Source: Chrysomallon squamiferum
Lineage: Eukaryota; Animalia; Mollusca
Direction of reading: 5' to 3'
Length of the DNA: 64,000 nucleotides
Assembly (NCBI GenBank): GCA_012295275.1
Contig: CM022674.1
Coordinates: forward strand, 10,168,001 to 10,232,000
Under the pieces are notes generated by a model. That model saw nothing but the letters and a program-made list of their open reading frames with translations, did not search any database and was not told where the DNA came from. A program made the translations under genes and the position numbers. Shown one piece after another: positions 1-12,898 of this stretch (its first letter is position 1; every line of letters begins with the position of its first letter).

Positions 1-329
1 TAATATTTTATTTTTACACAGCAGCATTAGTTAAATACCAGTAAATCTTTTATTTGATCACACATTTGTTTTATTGTAGAAAGGATGCTTCTAAGACCTA
101 TTAATGTTTCGTACTGAATTTATATTTAAATAATTAGCATAATTCAAATTTAAAAACCTCATAAAACATTTTAATACACCATACAGTATTTTCTACTGAA
201 TGTATTAATTAAAATGTTTTCAAACAATTTATCTCATACCAAAACAATGGAAATATTTGTCATTCACCCAGTTTATAACGTATTATCATAAAAATTAAAC
301 ATACATACACAAACAAAGCCAAGAATATT

Positions 330-364
<35 letters not shown>

Positions 365-1560
365 AAAAATTTGTTTTATATAAAAACCCACACATACATT
401 AACATATAATTTTAAACAAGGGGCAATTACTTCATAATTTTTTTTCTTAGTACCATTCGGAAAACGAAAGGAAGAACTGTCCATTCAAAGGGAAGACATT
501 CTTTGCTGAAAGTCAATCAAATTACAATTCAAACAATTTTCTGTGCAAGAATTAGAAGTCATTCAGATGTTATTTATTTACTGATATTAAAATATGTATG
601 TTTAAAAAGTAATAATAATTATATTCATTGATTTGAACTTCACTTCTAGGATGTTTACACCTTTGCTAAGGTTGATTTCAATGATTTCAATGACTAAATA
701 ATATTATCAGGCAACTAACTACCAGATAATTTTTATTCATCAAAGAAAATTTGTATTCATTAGCATCCCTTGCTTAACATAAAGAAAAACAAAAAGCAAA
801 CAATATTACAAATAAATAAAAATCATATGTTTATAATCTTCATATTAACAGACACAATTTCACTATCACTATTTACTAACATATTCTTTTAGAAACTTTG
901 CTTATTTTTTTGATCAGCTTCTGCGATATTAACAGAAATTGTTACTTTATGCATGACTAGTACAACTGTAATATAAAGTGTTAACAGAGTTCATCGCTGT
1001 TATCACCATAAATTTGTAAATATAAGCTGAAATATAACTGGTGCTTCACATTAAACAATAAAAGTCATATAAAGTAGGAAACAGCAAACAGGCAGTTAGA
1101 CTCTTCAATTTACACTTCAACAGTATTCATATTTATCTGTAATAGGAATTAAAAAATAATAATAAAATTTGGTATTTGGTAATCATTTTTTTGCTTTTTT
1201 GTGCATGTGCATGTGTGTTTATGTTAAATTACCTCAAGAAAAAATTAATATCTGAATGCTATAAAAAAATTCAAAAAAAAAAAAAAAAAAACGTTTCCTA
1301 AACAATTTTTATTTGTTGTAATATCAAATGTGATATATGATATATTACATACATTTACCCATCTTAACTATTAGTGTTAAGTGCATCACTGTATACATCA
1401 TTAATGACATTACAAATAAAGTTATAAACAAATTACCAAAAAAAAAAGCAAAAAAAAAAAGCAAACATTTCTTTGTATTTGAATCAATTTATGATTAAAT
1501 TGATTTAAAAGTAAAAGCTTCTTGTATATACTGTTATGAACGTGCCATATAATCTTTATC

Positions 1561-1617
<57 letters not shown>

Positions 1618-1829
1618 TGTGTATGTATGTATTAAACACACAGTTCTTTTATACAAGATTATCTATGTTCTAGTTATTCGCTAAATGAAGTAATATTATA
1701 CTATTTTATAGCTTTTATTTTCTAAATTTCATTTATTTTACCTCTTTACTTTTTGTTCATTATTCTCCAAAACTTGAACAATTTAAATATCATTAAAACT
1801 ATTTTATTTTAGAATTAAAATTAGCTCAC

Positions 1830-1988
1830 AATGTCAACATTAGATGATTCATTGTTCTCGTAATCGTATGTCCCTCCATTTCCAGCAGTTTCAAAATCTG
1901 AGTCGTCAGAATCAGCCTGAGCAGTCATTTTTCTTTTCTTTGTGTGAGATTTTGAGTCACCGCCTCCATTTTTACGTTTTGGAGGCAT
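1830..1988 (-). CDS. First coding exon of an unidentified gene continuing off the left edge of the window (basic NLS-like plus acidic N-terminus)
   Basis: ATG at 1988 opens 53 codons, MPPKRKNGGGDSKSHTKKRKMTAQADSDDSDFETAGNGGTYDYENNESSNVDI, ending in phase 0 at a GTGAGC donor (1829). CpGs are retained around the 5' end and are scarce in 1-1800, as expected for a gene body. The protein family was not recognised. Confidence 0.6.
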
Positions 1989-2397
1989 ATTTTACGATTT
2001 TACTTATGTTTGTGAAAGATTTACAACAAAACCGCCAAAGTGTGTCGTTTGTCGACCGATTTTTTATCATAAAAAGTTTCGATGATGCGCTTAAGGATTT
2101 TTCAAACAAATTATGAATATCAGTGTATTTTTGTTTATGTAAACGCTTCCAACGTGATGCTGTACAACTGTCAACTGATTTTATTGCAATAAAAAACCCC
2201 ATCAAAGTGGTTATTTAAAGTAAGAATTATTTTACAAAATTATAAAGCAAATTCTAAAAATTAAAAAGTGATATAAACCAAAGGAACAGAGCATCGACAG
2301 ACTTCAAGCGGGTATGAAGTGCTTAATAACATACTTTCTGACCGAAGTGCTCACTTGATTACATTAAAGACTCTCTTAACCAAACTTTTAAATATAA

Positions 2398-2448
<51 letters not shown>

Positions 2449-2832
2449 TTACATAAATTGTCGGACTATTCTTTAGAAATATATATATATATATATAGTC
2501 TGAAATCTAGTTATTGAAACTGAGAATAACCAAATTATTTACTTCTATACCGCTAGATTACCTTTCGCTAGGGCTATTTTATCCCGTTTGTATTAGTTTA
2601 ATTGATAGGATGAAGTCAGAGCTAATTATTATTTTATCATCTCCGCAGTTAAATGGATTAATTTTATTTTACGATACAGAAATATGCAGATTTTTAATTG
2701 TTACGTCTGCTCGTTCATTATATGAGTGAATATTTTAATATAGGCAAGCACATTTTAACATATTACTGAATATATTTAAATTAAAAAATAAAAAAAAAAA
2801 AAAAAAAAGAAGTTACAAATAGTTGCTTATTC

Positions 2833-2903
2833 TACGGGTCGGCAACCCATGGTCCGCGAGCCTCATCCGGCCCTCCAACTGAACATTTAAACCTCAAATC
2901 CTA

Positions 2904-2986
<83 letters not shown>

Positions 2987-3148
2987 TGTGTATATGTGTG
3001 TGTGTGTATGTGTGTATATATACACACACACACACACACATACATACATACATATATATTTACATAAAATACATTTGATAACTTGACTCTCCTCAAAAAC
3101 ACTGCATAGCTGTCTGGCCCCCTCTCTCCAAAAGGTTGCCGACCCCTG
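2833..3148. mobile_element. Non-autonomous hAT (Charlie-like) MITE with internal (GA)n/(CA)n microsatellites
   Basis: Terminal inverted repeats tacgggtcggcaacc ... ggttgccgacccctg. The 8-bp flanks match at 5 of 8 positions (gcttattc / ccctgttc), i.e. a degenerate TSD. Confidence 0.75.
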
Positions 3149-3301
3149 CCCTGTTCGAATAATAGCCTTCTGGAAAGTAAATATATTATTTTAGATAAGT
3201 TAGCGAAGACATACATAATAAGACAGATCCACAGTATTCAATATTTTCATTTTTAAAATTATTATTATTATTATTTATTTATTCATTTTATTATAATAAC
3301 G

Positions 3302-3334
<33 letters not shown>

Positions 3335-3337
<3 letters not shown>

Positions 3338-3449
3338 GGTCATTAAAAAAATCCCACTACACTTTTAATTTTAATTAAATGAAAACAGCTTTATGGATTT
3401 GAATAAAAATTAGTCGTGAATTTTGTAGCGGGACTTTTGAATGACCCTG
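3335..3449. mobile_element. Tc1/mariner-type MITE (115 bp)
   Basis: TIRs cagggtcattaaaaaaatcccactac ... gtagcgggacttttgaatgaccctg, flanked by TA on both sides. Confidence 0.8.
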
Positions 3450-4557
3450 TATACAAAAAATCAAAATTCAAAAATCCATTGAAAAAAATTATATATATAT
3501 ATTAATTTTTTCTTGTGATTTTTTTTTTATTTTTTTTTTTATTTATTTTATTATTATGATCTATTTGATATTTTGAACGCGATCTCCAACAATGAATTTG
3601 TCTGAAAGCTGCTATGAACGGTTCGAACGTTGAATTTAATTAACTGCCGAATGTGACGAACTATAATTACGGACTATAGCTGTGATATTTTGATGTTAGC
3701 TACATGAGGTAACAACTATATTTAATTTTGTCCTCATTGCAAGAAACAGAAATAATCAGACTAATTTCAAATACGACAAAAATCTTTGAGATCTGAAACA
3801 AGGAACTGAAAAAGGAACTGAAAACAGAGATTATAGAACATATTATTATTAATAACATGTTATAATAATAACCGGATTTTTATTTTATTTTATTTTTTAT
3901 TACTATTATTATTAAAATGTAAATTTTTTATTTATTTATTTATTTATTTTTATGTAGCTTATTTTATTTTATTTTAGGTTTCTGTTTTTTTGATTGGCAT
4001 TAATAAAATAAAAAGTAGTGACACATGAAAATGTATATTCCCTTAATGTGAACCGGAGTTAACCAGAATTTCTGTGAAAAGATGAGTGCGGTGAATAGTT
4101 CGCGGCACCGTTGAGAGGGTAAACCACCTGGAAATCAGTGGATCGAATCTGTTGTATTGTTGATTCTTCCCTACCGTGATGAAACAAATATAAATGGAAA
4201 TGTTATGTTTTGTCAGAAAAGCGTATTTCTTTAAAGGCGCATTACTTGGTACTCTGCTAGCATTTGCTTTCAAAACAGTAATCATAATCATCTGCCTCGT
4301 CGTTACAGTTAATAAAATAACCTTTAAAATATATCAATGGCTCTTTGCTCCGCTTTCCATATTTTTTATTAATGTATGTATAATTATTAAAGCTAATCAA
4401 TGAAGAACTCTACATAACTGTAGAAATTAGGTTTTCAAGAAAGAAACCGAAAATACGTAGACCGTTAAATAAATAGATAATGAATTGTCCTACTGGTCTG
4501 ATAAACTCCTGCTGCAGTTACACTTATCAATATTCTTTCCATTAATATACATATATC

Positions 4558-4849
4558 CATGGCCGTAACTAGACTTTTGAAATGAGGCAAAAACACTTAA
4601 TCGCCGATAAACCTGTTTGACGTTTGGTATCTGAAGTCAGTTGTGTCTTTCATCGCAACGATGTCAACTGACTTCAAACGGTAACCAAGGTCATACACGA
4701 ATTCATTCAGTGCATATCGTTTCTATCGGAATAGAGATTTACATTTTATATTTTTGAATAAAATCTTTGTATAAAAAATAAAATTAAAAAGATCGTCAAT
4801 TTCGGTATGAGGCATTTGCCTGATTTGCCGCTTTGTAGATACGGCCATA
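4558..4849. mobile_element. Non-autonomous DNA transposon (hAT-like MITE)
   Basis: Inverted termini catggccgtaacta ... tagatacggccat with subterminal tgaggca motifs. No convincing TSD. Confidence 0.6.
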
Positions 4850-4912
<63 letters not shown>

Positions 4913-5679
4913 TAGTTGCTGTTAGTGGGCCTACATGGTCTGTTAATATAAAGAATTTTCAGAAATTTGTAAACATAACCAATACCAAAATATATTTCGT
5001 ATAAAGATGATAGAGAATTTTTAACAGTAACTTTTAGCGCCATCAGTTTTTATGTAAATCAGCAAGCATGAATTATTTATTCAGTTTAGAAGAAAAATAA
5101 AATATAATAAACAATAATAAAATCCATTATAAAATCATTTAAATATAAAAAAAATGAATAGTCACGACCACATTAAAAATTCCAGTGCCCTCCGCTCCCT
5201 TGACCCACATATTCTACTGCCCGGGCTCGATGAATTTACATTAAAAAAGTTTTACGCCCCTGGTTTGAAGTGCATGGTTCTGGAGTTGCCATTGATATTT
5301 TAAGAGGATTTCGACAAAAGAACTCGAGCTAGGGTAAAGTGTTTGTAAAATAAACAAAATCCAGTTGGCCTAATTCCGTTGTGACTGGTAGGTAGGAGGT
5401 AGGTTCGTTTTACACTGCTCAAAATAATATGTGCCGCTTAATTATAGATTTCAAAATAATTTAGTGCTGATGGCAAGATAATAGGTTTTGTTTTGGCCAA
5501 AATCATTTATTTCTGTATGTATGGATGAATGCATGGATTTTTGTATGTGTGGCATATGTTTGTGTATATATATTTATCTATATACATGTAATTATATCTG
5601 TATACGAGTATTATGCTATGTTTGTATTAATGTCCATTGTTATGGTGTATTTTTTTGTTGTTGTTTTTGAGTTTTTGTG

Positions 5680-5692
5680 TTATTATTATTAC

Positions 5693-5755
<63 letters not shown>
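5680..5755 (+). repeat. (TAT)n microsatellite abutting the 3' splice site of the GNAT gene 5'-UTR intron
   Basis: Near-perfect trinucleotide run ending in ...attatag (AG 5756-5757). It explains the poly-Ile and poly-Tyr stretches in the ORF track. Confidence 0.95.
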
Positions 5756-5756
<1 letters not shown>

Positions 5757-5768
5757 GATTTTACTGTC

Positions 5769-6359
5769 ATGGCTTATATAATAGAGAAAAAAGAGACACC
5801 GAGATTAACATACCTGCCCAAGACAGGCAAACTTAAAACGGGCAGAGACGTCGTTGTAGACTACTACAGCGATTCTGATGAAAAACAAGTACATGACATC
5901 CTCAAATACATTGTCAACGAAGAGGGCGATTCCTACCCGTATCTAGACATGTCACGTATAGAAGATTTTCGAGCTTACTACCTTTCCCATGATGTTTTCG
6001 TTTGCCGAGACTCCAGTACGCACGAAGTTCTTGGAGCCTTTTACGTAAAACCGAACTTTCCAGGACGGTCTTCACACATTTGTAATACAGGATTCATTGT
6101 TAAGAAAACAGCACGTGGAATAGGAGTAGGAAGCTTCATGGTCCCACAATTCCTGCACTTTGCACGTGACTTGGGTTATCGTGCGTCATTTTTTAATCTT
6201 GTTTATGCAACGAATACGTCATCCGTGGCACTGTGGCGAAAGTTTGGATTTAAAGAAATAGGCGTGGTACCGGAAGCCGGTTATTTGAAGGGAACTGGTT
6301 ACACTGACGCTTTACAGTTCTACTATGACCTCACAACTATTCCTCAGACCGATAAATAA
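5769..6359 (+). CDS. GNAT N-acetyltransferase of the Mpr1/Ppr1 (L-azetidine-2-carboxylate acetyltransferase)/Spt10-like family, 196 aa, single coding exon
   Basis: ATG 5769 lies just after an acceptor (candidate UTR donor gactg|gtaggt at ~5388); TAA at 6357-6359. Family motifs are FYVKPNFPGRSSHICNTGFIV, the acetyl-CoA-binding ARGIGVG and FNLVYATNTSSVALWRKFGF. Confidence 0.9.
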   Translation: MAYIIEKKETPRLTYLPKTGKLKTGRDVVVDYYSDSDEKQVHDILKYIVNEEGDSYPYLDMSRIEDFRAYYLSHDVFVCRDSSTHEVLGAFYVKPNFPGRSSHICNTGFIVKKTARGIGVGSFMVPQFLHFARDLGYRASFFNLVYATNTSSVALWRKFGFKEIGVVPEAGYLKGTGYTDALQFYYDLTTIPQTDK

Positions 6360-7783
6360 AAACTGTAATACAAAGAACTATTCAGCCATTATAGTGGTTT
6401 GGGATCTTTACAAAATAAACAGAGAAATGTCTGTTTTTTTCTCTGTTAATATCTATGCAGAGATCAAACAAAGTATCAATGATTATGAAAATAAATTTAA
6501 AATTAATGAATAAAGATAAAACATTATCTGATTGAAAGTCTTTGTTCTGAACACTACTTTAACTACCACTTCTGCTACTACTACGATTGCTACTGTTATC
6601 ACTTCTACTAAAGTATTACTTCTGCTGATGCAACTACTACTACTGCTGCTGCTGCTGCTACTTCTACTACTACTAATAATAAAAGGTACAAATTGGATAT
6701 GTTTTCCATTTAATAAAACATGTTGCATATTCGGCTAGATTATGAAACGGTTCGATTTCTTTCTATTTAAAAAAAAAATAACCTGGTTGTTAACCTGATC
6801 TAAATTAAGCCACTGTTACCCAAATATATAAATTTATAATGTAATAATTATCATATTAAAGCAAAGCCTTTTTGTCTAAAATGAGTATGCATCATATTCC
6901 CTTTCTTTTCCAGTATTTTTGTTTTATTTATATACTTTTTTTTTTGCTGTTGTTGTTTTTGTTTTTCTTACTTTCATTCATCTTCTTCTCTTTTTTTTTT
7001 TTTTCCTTCTTTTTTCTAAAAACAATCAAACAAATAAATAAATGATGAACATTCCTGTCTTAAACACAAACAGTAATTATTATATCAAACGTCATACAAC
7101 CGTGACTTATTCTGAACAGAGTTTCTGTTGTTTAAACTAGGAAAAATCAGTGTTTTATTTGACTGGGATCCTTATTCATTCATTCATTCATTCATTTCCA
7201 CACTTTTCTGTTTCTTCTTCTTCTCGCCTTTTTTTTAAATTTTTTTATGAATATATAAATAAATAAATAGTAATATGAACATGACTAGTATCCTTGAACA
7301 ATCCCTGAACGAATCTTTTTTTTTTTTCGACAATAATAAAAATGATAATAAAAACAACAACAAAAACAATACCATCTGCAATAATAAAACAAACAAGAGT
7401 ATTTTCAGCTTTCATTTCTTTTTCTTCAGCTATCTATCTCTGTCTCTGTGTCTGACTATTCCTCCAACCATCGTTCCTTTCATCAACCGGTCAATCTGTC
7501 TGTATTTACTTTATAAAAACAAGCAGTACCAATAACCAAAACATATCGTCAATAACTTACATAAACAAATCACTCCCGTACATCCCGTTCTGATCCACGT
7601 ATTCGATTACTGATCATTGTATTTTCTGATATAATCACAGCGTCAAGAGAACAACAAATAAAAAGATAAAATATCTTGCTGGTTTCTTTATAAAATTATT
7701 CTGAAATATGAAGAAGCCTGAAGATTATGAACATAGGTAAATAGCGTAATTTTTATTTTGTTCCAGTTATTTTGGTTTTAACC

Positions 7784-7977
7784 ATGCCGGCTAATGGTAA
7801 GTCGCATAAACTAGAGTAAAACACACTTGCACGCATGCACGTACACTCACTCACTCACACACACACACACATTAGTAATTCTTATAGCATAAATTTGTTA
7901 TATATTCTATATTCTGGGTCTTCTTTTTGCCTTTTCGTTTCTATTTTATTTTATTTTATTTATTTATTTATTTCATA

Positions 7978-8022
<45 letters not shown>

Positions 8023-8032
8023 CGATATTATT

Positions 8033-8066
<34 letters not shown>

Positions 8067-10112
8067 TTGTTGTTATTATTATTATTGAAATTATTTGTTA
8101 TGTTGTTGATGCTGCTGTGGCTATTATTATTGCTGTTGTTGCTACAACAACTTTATAATTTTATGACATGTCGACATATTTAAAATTAAATGTCATTCTT
8201 AATTTTTCTCACTAGGTGCGACTGCTGGAAACATAGCCATAAAGTCAGCATGTTTCTCTTTGAAATTAAAATTTTTAATTAGTATCGCAGCTTCCATTGT
8301 AGCAGTGTCCATAATTGTAGCTGTAACAGTTACAGGTGAGTTTCGTCAAAATCTGTCTTTTATTAATATACAAAGTAACATAAATGGGAAACGTTTAAAA
8401 AGAAATTAATAGTCTCACACTGCAGTTGTGTAGTAATCATTTCACTATAGGTATAAAATTTATATTTTTATGTTTATTTTATTTCTTGTTTTATTATTAT
8501 TTTTTTAATTTCTTATAATTATATTCTGAAATCTCAAAATTAATAATTACTTACCTTAGTTTACTGAGATGTTCTCTGATAAGTATCAAAAAAATTTTAG
8601 GATTTAATTTTTTTTTTTTTTTTTTTTTTTTTTAGAGCTAATGAACTATGACAGCATTTTCTTTAATAATTCTGAATCAATAATTTTTATTTTTGTACAT
8701 TTATTTATTAATGTTTTTCTAACTGGTTATTTTCAGAATCCTCAACATTTTATTGTAAATTTTATTTTTGGTGATGCTGATACTGATGTCTTTCTTACCT
8801 TCCGGTTTTAATCTGTTTATCGATTTTTAAATACAGTGGAACCTCGAGTTACGAACTTAATTCGTTCCAGAACTAGGTTCGTAAACCGAATTGTACGAAA
8901 ACCTAAACGATGTTATTGTCAGACACACGAACGCCCCTCTCATGTTTTGCAGTTATTTCTTTCTTTACCTCTACAATTATACTTTCCACCAGCAGTATCG
9001 CTCTCACGTTTTGTTTTCTTACGCGCCATATTGAAAGGGTATAATAAAAAATATATATACACATAAAAGCAGCAACATTTTAAAAAACGCGATTAAGCTG
9101 CAACTGCTATCGATGATCAAAGTCCCTAATTCATGATATATATTTGCTACAGGGCATGCCTATAAACCTTACTTTGACCTCGGTTTTGACGTAAGCATCT
9201 ATTCTTATCTTTACAAGATGTTGACGTCAAAATCGACGTCCAAAGAAAATTTGTCGTGGCGCGTCGCTGTAGTTCGTAACTCGGAACATTATTCGTAAAT
9301 CGAGACAAACTTTGCCCATCATCACGGTTCGTAAATCGATTTGTTCATGCTTCGAGGCGTTCGTATATCATCAACCTTTTTTTTTTTATACAGTGTTAAA
9401 TGGAAATAGTTCTGACTCAAACATCTCAACAATGGACCAGACAACTACTCCCTCGGAGACATTTACAGGAGAGATATCTACGACTGGCACGACACAGAGT
9501 TCATCAGATAAAACAACATATATTACAACAGTGTCAACCGAGTCACCAATAATTTGTCCAAAAAGTAATTATAATGTTTTATGTCCCTTTTGACGTAAAA
9601 GATAAGTTCTGGAAAACGTTTATAACATGTACTAGACCAGTATGGTCGTATTCATTAACATTATTTCATATACATAAGCACGGCAGAATATCTTGACCGT
9701 CGACATTACTACATTCAGAAAATGGTTTTTGTAATACATCATATGCAACCCATCAAACAATTTTTGTTTTCATCGTCACTTATAATTAATAACGTTGATA
9801 AAATGAAGGTGATAACTAGCTCTCTATTGTAGGAATGTTTCTGCTTACAGATTTCACTAGAACTGTAATCTTCATGCAAGCTGATGTTACGACGTACAAA
9901 CTGTTTTTCAGAGGCGGCGTTACACCCTATAACGTAAATGGTAAGTAAGGAAAAGTCATAATTTATACTTTTTAAATTTAATTTAATTTTTATTATTTTT
10001 ATTTTGTTTAATGTATTGAATTCATTGGGGGGGGTTCTTGTTTCATTCTTCCTCTTTAATATGGTTTAAACAGATAGTTTAGAAGAAAACTAAATATATC
10101 AATAATAATAAT

Positions 10113-10165
<53 letters not shown>

Positions 10166-10872
10166 GAGCAACAACTTTGAAACCATGGCATTGGTAATAT
10201 GTTTACAGTGGCAATCTTTATTAGTCATGACAAAAAAAAAAAATAATAATAATAATTAAAATTCCACTAATATAATATATTAATACGTATACGTAAATAA
10301 GTAATGCGTCATTTAGTGGTTCCTGAATGGATGAGCATTATATGTTTAAAGAGATGGGGATATTTTTTGTTAGTGGTTTATTTTTTACTTTATTTTTTTT
10401 TTTTTTATAAACATTTAAAAAAATATTTATACTTGCAGATGGCATGTCATGTGCATCTAACGTGGACTCCCACGACCCCTGTGCCGTAAGAATAATTCAC
10501 AACGGTCTAAGAACCGTCGGCAATTACTCCGCCTATAACGCTTGGGCGAAGGGAGACAACTACCTGGATTGGTATGGACCGGAAAATGGACAGAAAGAAT
10601 ATGGCGGAGTAATCGCTGATGGAACACCAGCAGGAAAGACCACGAACGATTCAAAGTTTTTAGACACTTGGCATCCACTGAACACGTAACTTTACTATAG
10701 TTAGCTCATTTAAATATGAAACCACTTTGAAGTCATCAACCGTATTCAAGTGGGATTTCTTAGTTGTCTCCCTTCTTAAATTATGATATGTCATACATTA
10801 TAATCCTGTCGCAAATTTAATTTCAGGTATCTTTTGCCGAAGCTTTGCCGATTTCTCTGAAATTTGATAAAA

Positions 10873-10942
<70 letters not shown>

Positions 10943-12179
10943 TAGTTGTTAAGTATAAGGCACGTAGCTACAGCCTCAAAACAATGGCTCATTTTATCGA
11001 TCTGAAACAATATTTATGCTTTCCCATAGAGTGTAAAATATATAACGATACCTGAATTAATCATATTAGACAGTATCCTATCAGTGAACTACATTCCGCT
11101 TATCTAATATAATTATTAATTATCTTACTGCTTTTGATTAAGGAATGGTTTTATTTGTTTCAGTTTTGGCGCCAATTACTGGCTGGCAGACTTGTGTATG
11201 GACTGCAGCCAGACAATTAGCAACTGGTTTGAAATCAAATCGATTATTTCCGATGAATGGGAGCACGACGTTAGTCAGCCTTTAGTTTGTGATGGAACAG
11301 CTCCATTATCCGACAGATCAAAATCTTTTTCTAGTGGGAACCATATTGGTCGCTGCGGGAAAATTAACGTTTTTAAAAGAAATGATGACAGTTGTGTCAT
11401 AAACAATTTCTATTCATATTTGCACACAACTTCGAACTTTGGTTCAACTGTAGCACCATCGACAAGTGCGATTGTTACATCAACTGCTACAACTGTTACT
11501 GCTAGTAATTCTGTCACCAGTTCAGGTTTGACGATAACAACACCTCCAGCCACATGTTCTGATGGTAAGATTACATCACAAATTAAATAATGATACTGAC
11601 ATATAGCTAAAGTAATTTTAAATACTCTAACATGCCCAATTTTGATAAAATTATAATCTTTACAACAATACTCTACTTTGCTTTTTGTTCACAGTGACCT
11701 ATTTGAATTATATAATGATACTTCTACATGGCTAACGTTACTTTAAAGACTTTAAGAAGACCAGCTTTGATAAAATTATAATCTTTATAACAATAATCCA
11801 TTTTGCTTTTTGTTCACAATGATCTATTTAGTTCTTCGCATTTGGAAACATTTTAAACATCGATTATTCCTTAACAATTATATATTTTATAATTTGTAAA
11901 ATTTTGAGTCAAATTCACTTCTAAAATTTCTTACTGGAGTTTAATTAGCTTTTGTTAAAGAAATAAACTCAAACATAAACAGGTAAAGAATTATTGTTCT
12001 AGAAGTCCGGTTACAAATAAAAAAACTAAAAAGTTTTTTCTTTCCTAGGTTTCAACAAGACTGTAATTTTGATTCAGTCACAAACAGTGTTTGGTGAAAA
12101 CCTGTTTGTACGAGGAGGAAATGATCACAGCCGGGTATTAGGTGATGATGTATATATGTCTGCTTAAAGAAGCCAGATT

Positions 12180-12229
<50 letters not shown>

Positions 12230-12863
12230 TAAAAGGTTGGATTTCAAAGTTTGGTACCCCATTCAGAAGACGGACAATATACCACTACACACATACATAC
12301 TCATACACACAAACTGCTGATTAAATAAATAATCACGATCACTTAGATTAGTACTATGCTATCTGTTCTGTGCGTCAAACATGACGACGAACGACAGCAT
12401 AAACTCAAGTAATCTGATAAGATTATCTGAGGTAAAAGTGAGTATAAAACTCAGCCTGGAATCGTCTTGAGTCCCCGTGCAGATTGTGAGGCCATAAGCT
12501 CTAGTTTATCTTGTACCTGAATCCGGCACTGGACCAACATAATTAATATTTCTATCCGATAGACTGCTGCCGAATATACTAAGCAGGCATTTATAAATAA
12601 CATTCATTCTTTTGACATCGACCTTATATTATATAAAATAGTAAATATCTTACCAACAGTGAAAATTATATTAATATTTAGAAGTCTTTAGGATCGTTTT
12701 TCCAGTATCTACATTTCAAAGTTCAAAGGCGGGCACGTCACCGGAAAAACCTAGCAAATTCAGTACCGCGGCCATGACGTGCAAAACATACATATTATTT
12801 TTCTCTTTATTATTTTCATATAACGACAAAAAGCATAAAAAATATATAAAAAATAAATAAATA

Positions 12864-12898
<35 letters not shown>

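Noticed and set aside
4050-4160. GC-richer patch with a B-box-like GGATCGAATC suggesting a tRNA or SINE
   Set aside because: No cloverleaf, no convincing A-box and no tail or TSD.
5637-5768. Hydrophobic poly-Ile N-terminus of the 240-aa ORF as a signal peptide or TM segment
   Set aside because: It is translated intronic (TAT)n microsatellite starting at TTG; an acceptor and an in-frame ATG at 5769 follow.
7708-7736. Upstream ATG exon (MKKPEDYEH) for the tandem-domain gene
   Set aside because: The intron to 7767 would be only 30 nt and the frame hits TAA. Its phase 2 is also incompatible with the TM exon.
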